A DNA stretch of 64,000 nt. It comes from Clostridia bacterium. GTDB taxonomy: Bacteria > Bacillota > Clostridia > Christensenellales > Aristaeellaceae. The notes under the pieces are model-generated. The model searched no databases. It had not been told where the DNA came from and saw only the letters and a list, made by a program, of their open reading frames with translations. The stretch lies in the NCBI GenBank assembly GCA_017430225.1, contig JAFRNK010000026.1, forward strand, positions 11,956 through 75,955, in the 5' to 3' direction. The position numbers were made by a program, and so were the translations under genes. Below, piece by piece: positions 58,914-64,000 of this stretch (position 1 is its first letter; every line of letters starts with the position of its first letter).

Positions 58914-58999
58914 AAAGCATAAGGCATAAGCAACAGTCAATGATTCAACCGGTAAAACCGTTGATATCAGAAAACTGCTTCACTTATGCCTTATGCTTT
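58914..58999. repeat. GCATAAGG-word palindromic element, copy C (between convergent genes)
   Basis: Perfect 17-bp arms AAAGCATAAGGCATAAG (58914-30) / CTTATGCCTTATGCTTT (58983-99) with a 52-nt loop carrying its own small hairpin. Further GCTTTATGCC words follow. Confidence 0.8.
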
Positions 59000-59059
59000 T
59001 TGCTTTATGCCTTTTTCTTTTGATATAAGAAGCGGGCGGATCCGTAGACCCGCCCCTGG

Positions 59060-60082
59060 TCAATTGAACCCAAATATCTTCCTGCTGATCCTGTACCCCG
59101 TGAGAGCGACGGAACGGCCGAATTTGCCCGGCAGGTGCAGGATGCGGCCCAGGATGCGCCTGCGCAGCGTCTGGTACAAACGCGGATTGGTTTTCTCAAT
59201 GAAAGCCCACAGGTCTTCCTTCTTCTGCAGGTGTTCCGGGGTACCCGCTTTCAGGAGCAGCACGGAGCTGACCGTGGTCACGATTTCCAGGAAATTGAGC
59301 ATATAGCGGCGTTGGTGGATATTCTCAATGGTGAAGGGGTCGAAGGCTTCCACGAGCATGCGGTTGACCCTGAGCGCCTGGTCGATGCGGCGGATCATGA
59401 CCTCTTCCTGAACCGACTGGTCGTCGCGGCCGATGAAATAGTGATAGAAATCCGCATCCAGGTAGTACATGCGTTTGACGTCCTTCAGCGGCACATACAC
59501 GTACAATTCGTCCACGTAGAAGGTATGCAGCGGCAGCTCCAGTCCGCAGCGGCGGAGCATTTCCGTATTGTAGATGACCGAGTGCATGAGGATATACTGC
59601 CCTTTGCGGAAGCGGCGGGCCTCGTCCCAGCCGAACACCTGCTCCTGCGGCAGCGCATGGTGGTATCGCATCACATGCTTGTGCTCGACGCCGACTTTAT
59701 CGTAGATATAGTTGCTGATCAGCATATCCAGCTGCTTTGCCGGCGCAGAGAATTTGCGCAGCGTCTCCAGTACGCGCGGATAAGCATCCGCGTCCGCCCA
59801 GTCGTCGGAATCGACCACCTTGAAATAGAGGCCGGTGGCGTTCCTGAGTCCGGCCATCACAGCACCGCCGTGGCCCGCGTTCTCCTGGTGGATCGCCCTC
59901 ACGATGCCAGGATACCGGCGCTCATAATCGTCAGCGATCTCAGCGGTGCGGTCCTTTGAGCCGTCGTCGACGATCAGGATCTCCACCTCGTCCCCGCCTG
60001 GCAGCAGCGATTCGATCGCATGCGCCATGTAGGCCTCTGAGTTATAGCTCGGTATCGCGATGGAAAGAAGTTTTCCGGTCAT
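59060..60082 (-). CDS. family 2 glycosyltransferase
   Basis: 340 aa with LSIAIPSYNSEAYMAHAIESLL, ILIVDDGSKDRT and VVDSDDW (DxD). Confidence 0.88.
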   Translation of the reverse strand: MTGKLLSIAIPSYNSEAYMAHAIESLLPGGDEVEILIVDDGSKDRTAEIADDYERRYPGIVRAIHQENAGHGGAVMAGLRNATGLYFKVVDSDDWADADAYPRVLETLRKFSAPAKQLDMLISNYIYDKVGVEHKHVMRYHHALPQEQVFGWDEARRFRKGQYILMHSVIYNTEMLRRCGLELPLHTFYVDELYVYVPLKDVKRMYYLDADFYHYFIGRDDQSVQEEVMIRRIDQALRVNRMLVEAFDPFTIENIHQRRYMLNFLEIVTTVSSVLLLKAGTPEHLQKKEDLWAFIEKTNPRLYQTLRRRILGRILHLPGKFGRSVALTGYRISRKIFGFN

Positions 60083-60118
60083 ATGATCCTCCTGACGGGC
60101 ATCATGTTCTTTTTCTGT

Positions 60119-60147
60119 ATTTTACCATCTCATTCCCCCATTGTCAA
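60119..60147 (-). promoter_or_regulatory. promoter of the GT2 gene
   Basis: The minus strand reads TTGACA (60147-42), a 17-nt spacer, then TAAAAT (60124-19). Confidence 0.75.
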
Positions 60148-60176
60148 ACAAAAGAACCCTGTCCATCCGGACAGGG
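60145..60176 (-). terminator. intrinsic terminator after the PrsA-like gene
   Basis: CCCTGTCC (60157-64) / GGACAGGG (60169-76). The minus strand continues TTCTTTTGTTTG. Confidence 0.75.
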
Positions 60177-60199
60177 CTCATCACCAACTAAGGTGTATT

Positions 60200-61597
60200 T
60201 CAGTTGCTCAGCCTCTCGATGTAGGTCTTGACGCTGGCATCCTTCGTCCACTGCTCAACAGCGGCGTCGTACGTGTCGTCCTGCTTTTTGCTGAGCAGTT
60301 CGGGCTCGATGACGCTGCGGACGTCGTCCAGCGCGATTTCGCCTTCCTCGACGTCAGACTGGTAGCGGATGATGTAGTAGCCGTAGCTGTCGCTGGCGAC
60401 CGGCTTGCTCACGTCGCCGATCTTTTCGAGCGCCATTGCGGCGTCGACAAAAGCGGTTTCGAAGGGCGTATAGCCTGCGCAGACCGCATAGCCGTTGGTC
60501 TTGCCGGGCTCACGCTGCATACCGGGGTCAGTGTTGTACTGTTCCATCAGCGCGTCGAAGTCCTCGCCGGCATCGATCTTCGCGACCACTTCGTCCACAG
60601 TGGGCTGGATGCTCGCGAAAGCGTCTGTCTTCGCCTGCTCCGCCGCGGCGGTCTTTTCGTTCAGGTCAGCCTGGGCCGCTTCCAGCGCGGCTTCCAGTTC
60701 GGCCACTTTGCCTTCCAGCTCGGCCTTCTCCTCAGCGGTGATGCCTTCGGCAGCAAGGGCTTCGGCATTGTCGCCGAGCGCTTTCTGCGCGTTGTTCAGG
60801 GCAGTCTGGGCGGTGGTCACAGCACTGTTCGCCGTGGTCAGGGCGCTCTTCACGTCATCCGCGAAGCCGACCAGGATCTGCTTCACATAGCGGTATCCAG
60901 CGGGACGGTAGTAAACCGTGTTGCCCGCGTTGACCGCAGAGCCGAAAGCGGTGATGTCGGAGCCGTAGCTTTCCTTGGCGTCTGCGACGCGCGTGTCATA
61001 TTCCGCCTTGACTTCGTCCTCGGTCACGGTCACGTCTTTGATCGCGTACTCGCGCAGCTTATCGGTGATCTTCTCCTCACGGGCGTGATCCTTGAAATAG
61101 TCCAGGGTATAGCGGCTGTCGAGGGTCAGGGCGTAAGCCTGAGCTTCCGCGGTCAGCTCGTCGCCTTCTTTTTCGGATTTGCTCAGGTACAGGGACTTGA
61201 CCTGCTCGATCATGGAGTCATACTCTTCCTGTCCATGAGCCGCGATGTCCGCCTCGTCCTCTTCGGTCATGGCGAGTTCGGGCAGGGCAGCGTACTTCTG
61301 CTTGAGTACCAGCTCCCGAACCTTGTTGTCGATAACATCCTGCGGATAGCCGGACGTGTCGATCGAGTTCGCGTTGAAGGACAGGCCGTACATCGAATAC
61401 ATCTGATAATAATAGTTCATCATGTTATTCGTGTAGTCGGCGATTTCCTGCGCCACGGTCTGCTTGTCGACCGTCTCGCCGTTCACGTCCACGATGACCT
61501 GCTGTGCGTCACGCACGGGGTCCTTGACCACGAGGGCGCAGCCGCTCAGCGCGATGCACACGACCAGCAGCAGGATCAGAAACAGTTTCTTGCGCAT
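60200..61597 (-). CDS. PrsA/SurA-like peptidyl-prolyl isomerase family lipoprotein
   Basis: 465 aa with lipobox IALSGC, an N-terminal SurA-like chaperone region, coiled-coil insert and C-terminal parvulin-like segment (GYTPFETAFVDAAMALEKIGDVSKPVASDSYGYYIIRY). Confidence 0.7.
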   Translation of the reverse strand: MRKKLFLILLLVVCIALSGCALVVKDPVRDAQQVIVDVNGETVDKQTVAQEIADYTNNMMNYYYQMYSMYGLSFNANSIDTSGYPQDVIDNKVRELVLKQKYAALPELAMTEEDEADIAAHGQEEYDSMIEQVKSLYLSKSEKEGDELTAEAQAYALTLDSRYTLDYFKDHAREEKITDKLREYAIKDVTVTEDEVKAEYDTRVADAKESYGSDITAFGSAVNAGNTVYYRPAGYRYVKQILVGFADDVKSALTTANSAVTTAQTALNNAQKALGDNAEALAAEGITAEEKAELEGKVAELEAALEAAQADLNEKTAAAEQAKTDAFASIQPTVDEVVAKIDAGEDFDALMEQYNTDPGMQREPGKTNGYAVCAGYTPFETAFVDAAMALEKIGDVSKPVASDSYGYYIIRYQSDVEEGEIALDDVRSVIEPELLSKKQDDTYDAAVEQWTKDASVKTYIERLSN

Positions 61598-61641
61598 AGT
61601 AAAAACATCTCCTTACGTCGTCAATCAATGACAGCCCGCCT

Positions 61642-61670
61642 ATTATACAGGAAAAATCCCAAAGTGGCAA
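61642..61670 (-). promoter_or_regulatory. promoter of the PrsA-like gene
   Basis: The minus strand reads TTGCCA (61670-65), a 17-nt spacer, then TATAAT (61647-42). Confidence 0.75.
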
Positions 61671-61678
61671 GCGGTATT

Positions 61679-62185
61679 TTAAAATCGGTGGGGATTCACG
61701 AGGGTGTTGAAGGTGTCGATCAATTTCGCCTCGTTGACGAAGCTCACGATCTTGTCAAAATACACCTTGAGGTTGTCGAGGATCCGGGATACGAACTCCC
61801 CGACTTCCTGGCCGAGATAGCCCTGTGAACCGAAGTAGATGACCGCCGCGATGGCGATCAGCACGAGGATCGACAATACCGGCCTGATGATCAGGACCAG
61901 GATCAGCAATAACAGTCCGAAGGCCGCCACCGCCGCGCTGATTGTCGTCACCTGCGTGATGTAGGGGTAAATGCGCAGCAGGAACGAGACGAGCCCGGAC
62001 ATTTTCAGGTTCTGGTACAGGGCGGCTTCACGCAGCTCGGTGCCGCGGTCCGGCGTGATCGGGATGCCCGTCACGGCGGAAATGGCCTGGACCTCTTCGT
62101 TGTCGCGCACGACGATGCCGATGCTGATGGCTGCCGCCGCGACGATGATCCCGATCAGAAAAAGGCATAACGCAAGTTTTTTCAT
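61679..62185 (-). CDS. small membrane protein, unknown function
   Basis: 168 aa with 3-4 hydrophobic helices and no recognisable motif. Confidence 0.5.
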   Translation of the reverse strand: MKKLALCLFLIGIIVAAAAISIGIVVRDNEEVQAISAVTGIPITPDRGTELREAALYQNLKMSGLVSFLLRIYPYITQVTTISAAVAAFGLLLLILVLIIRPVLSILVLIAIAAVIYFGSQGYLGQEVGEFVSRILDNLKVYFDKIVSFVNEAKLIDTFNTLVNPHRF

Positions 62186-62203
62186 ACAGTGTTCTCCTTT
62201 GCG

Positions 62204-62962
62204 TTATTCCAGATACTCGCACTTGAACAGCGGCAGTGTGACGGGCCCGCTCTCGCTCTGGTATTCAGTCAGGCCGATGTACACGCCCCAGACCTGGACG
62301 CTGTCGCCCACAGAGCGCTGCGCGGGGAAAGCCTGCACCGCGATGAGGCCGCTGTCCCGTTCCGCCTGCACCAGCCAGCGCGTACCGCCGTCCAGCATCG
62401 CCAGAACGGTTCCGCGGAACCTGTAGCGGCTGCCGTAATACTTGTCCGGCATCAGGCCTGTCAGGCGGTAATCGTAGACCGCGTAGTCCTTATCCTTCTG
62501 GGGCACCGGGCTGGGCCGGGGCGTATTGGTCGGTTTGGGCGTCGGGGAAGGCGTTGGCGTCGGCAGCGCGGGCGCGTTCGGCGCGAAGACCAGCTTCTGG
62601 ACGTCTGCTGTCGCCACGCCGTCACGCTTGAGCCCCATGGCCTTTTCAAACGCCTTTACCGCGTTGATGGTCGTCTGCCGATAGCGGCCGTCCGGTTCCT
62701 GGTTAAAGTAACCCAGTTCCCTGAGCCGCTTCTGCAGCGCCGTTACTTCATCGCCCTTGCTGCCCTCGCTGAGTTTGACGAAAGGATACTCGCCCAGCGC
62801 GCGCAGGCGCAGGTCGATCCGCTCCCTGAGCGCCATCAGCGCCGCAGCGTCCATCTGGTCGATCTCAGTTACGCTTTCCGCGTTCACCGGGCAGACGAGC
62901 AGGCAAAGGATCAGCACGCTCAGCACTGCCATCAGGCGGCTGAGCCCATAAATCCGTCTCAT
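62204..62962 (-). CDS. secreted protein with peptidoglycan-binding (PG_binding_1) domain
   Basis: Start trimmed to the ATG at 62962 (MRRIYGLSRLMAVLSVLILCLLVCPVNA). GSKGDEVTALQKRLRELGYF...DGRYRQTTINAVKAFEKAMGLKRDGVA. Pro/Thr linker. Confidence 0.78.
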   Translation of the reverse strand: MRRIYGLSRLMAVLSVLILCLLVCPVNAESVTEIDQMDAAALMALRERIDLRLRALGEYPFVKLSEGSKGDEVTALQKRLRELGYFNQEPDGRYRQTTINAVKAFEKAMGLKRDGVATADVQKLVFAPNAPALPTPTPSPTPKPTNTPRPSPVPQKDKDYAVYDYRLTGLMPDKYYGSRYRFRGTVLAMLDGGTRWLVQAERDSGLIAVQAFPAQRSVGDSVQVWGVYIGLTEYQSESGPVTLPLFKCEYLE

Positions 62963-62963
62963 T

Positions 62964-64000
62964 TCAGACGCCGATGTGCCAGATCTTCTCGTTGTACTCA
63001 CGGATCGTGCGGTCAGAGGAGAAGACGCCGGAGCAGGCGGTATTGGTGATTGCCATGCGCAGCCACTTTTCGCGGTCCTGATAGTCGCGGTCCACGCGGC
63101 GCTGTGCCATGGAGTAAGAGCCGAAGTCCTTGAGCACGTAGTACACGTCATGGAACAGCAGGTTGTGGTAGATCTCCTGCACCGCGGCGGCGTTCTCGGG
63201 GAAGAGCGTGCCGTCGATGATCTGCGTCAGGGCCTTGCGGAGCTCGCCGTTCGTCTCAAAGATATTGATCGGGCGGTAAGTGCCTTCGCGGTCCAGGTCA
63301 TGCACCGTATTGGCGCGCATGCCGAAGATGTAGATGTTGTCCAGGCCGACCTGGTCGCAGATCTCGATGTTCGCGCCGTCCATGGTGCCGATGGTCACCG
63401 CGCCGTTCATCATGAACTTCATGTTGCCGGTACCGGAGGCTTCCTTGCCCGCCAGCGAGAGCTGCTCGGACAGATCGGCGGCCGGCATCAGGCACTCGGC
63501 GCTGGAGACGTCGTAGTTCTCAAGGAAGACGACCTTGAGCATTTCCTTGGCGCGGGGGGACTTGTCGATCAGTTTGCTGATCGCCAGCAGCAGTCGGATG
63601 ATCTGCTTGGCCATGTAGTAAGCCGGGCTGGCCTTCGCGCCGAAGATGAAAGTACGCGGCTGCATGGTGAAATTCGGGTCATCCATGATGCGGTTGTAAA
63701 GCACTATGATATGCAGCGCGTTCAGCAGCTGACGCTTGTACTCGTGCAGGCGCTTCGCCTGGACGTCGAACATGAAGTCCGGGTCCACGGACATCTTCTG
63801 ACGCGCCTGCAGCATGTTGCTGAAAGCAACCTTGTTGTCGCGTTTGATGCGCTCGAAACGCTCGCGGAAAGCGGCGTCGTCCCGATAAGGCAGCAGTTCC
63901 TTCAGGCGTTCCGGTTCGCGGACCCAGCCGTCGCCGATGCACTCGGTGATCAGGTCGCGCAGGCCGGGGTTCGCGACCATCAGCCAGCGGCGGTGCGTGA
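62964..64000 (-). CDS. glgP: alpha-glucan (glycogen/maltodextrin) phosphorylase, C-terminal part; continues past the window end
   Basis: EASGTGNMKFMMNGAVTIGTMDGANIEI (PLP-lysine region) and RTIREYNEKIW. The reading frame is still open at base 64000. Confidence 0.92.
   Translation of the reverse strand, partial: THRRWLMVANPGLRDLITECIGDGWVREPERLKELLPYRDDAAFRERFERIKRDNKVAFSNMLQARQKMSVDPDFMFDVQAKRLHEYKRQLLNALHIIVLYNRIMDDPNFTMQPRTFIFGAKASPAYYMAKQIIRLLLAISKLIDKSPRAKEMLKVVFLENYDVSSAECLMPAADLSEQLSLAGKEASGTGNMKFMMNGAVTIGTMDGANIEICDQVGLDNIYIFGMRANTVHDLDREGTYRPINIFETNGELRKALTQIIDGTLFPENAAAVQEIYHNLLFHDVYYVLKDFGSYSMAQRRVDRDYQDREKWLRMAITNTACSGVFSSDRTIREYNEKIWHIGV

Noticed and set aside
47365-59022. Whether the repeated GCATAAGG / GGAGTGCGG words form a CRISPR array or tandem satellite
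   Set aside because: The copies are dispersed single palindromes in separate intergenic regions, not regularly spaced direct repeats with unique spacers, and no cas genes are in the window.

Overview
High-GC Gram-positive (probably Clostridia; inference from gene order, T-box use and sigma-A type promoters) chromosomal segment, about 90% coding. Bases 3.5-19.6 kb (minus strand) hold a complete S10-spc-alpha ribosomal protein cluster, rpsJ through rplQ, including secY-adk-map-KOW-infA-rpmJ. It is driven by a near-consensus promoter with phased A-tracts. Upstream of it, instead of the usual str/tuf genes, lie a tyrosine recombinase, a cell-wall amidase and gyrB-(lipoprotein)-gyrA. The rest is mixed. 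One part is an ATGA-coupled five-gene operon (Fe-S aldo/keto reductase, mutY, membrane protein, HAD-IB, VanW) behind a long unclassified structured leader. Another is a T-box-controlled acyl-CoA ligase + iorAB operon. Also present are tcdA, metG, paaK-ACT, and many secreted or cell-surface proteins: SH3b-like paralogs, a caspase-like C14 protease, LRR protein, metallophosphoesterase, GH88/105, GT2, PrsA-like lipoprotein, PG-binding protein and a partial glgP. No rRNA, tRNA, CRISPR array, transposase or prophage genes were seen. The items most worth follow-up are: (1) a T-box with a candidate Tyr specifier controlling an arylacetate-type ligase/IOR operon; (2) an unclassified riboswitch-like leader at 28.4-28.7 kb; (3) a 180-bp segment flanked by roughly 27-bp inverted repeats directly next to the tyrosine recombinase; (4) two families of intergenic palindromes built from tandem 7-nt words; (5) hairpin-dense non-coding stretches at 33.7-34.0 kb and in the rpmJ-rpsM spacer. 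All calls come from reading the sequence and the ORF track; no database search was run.
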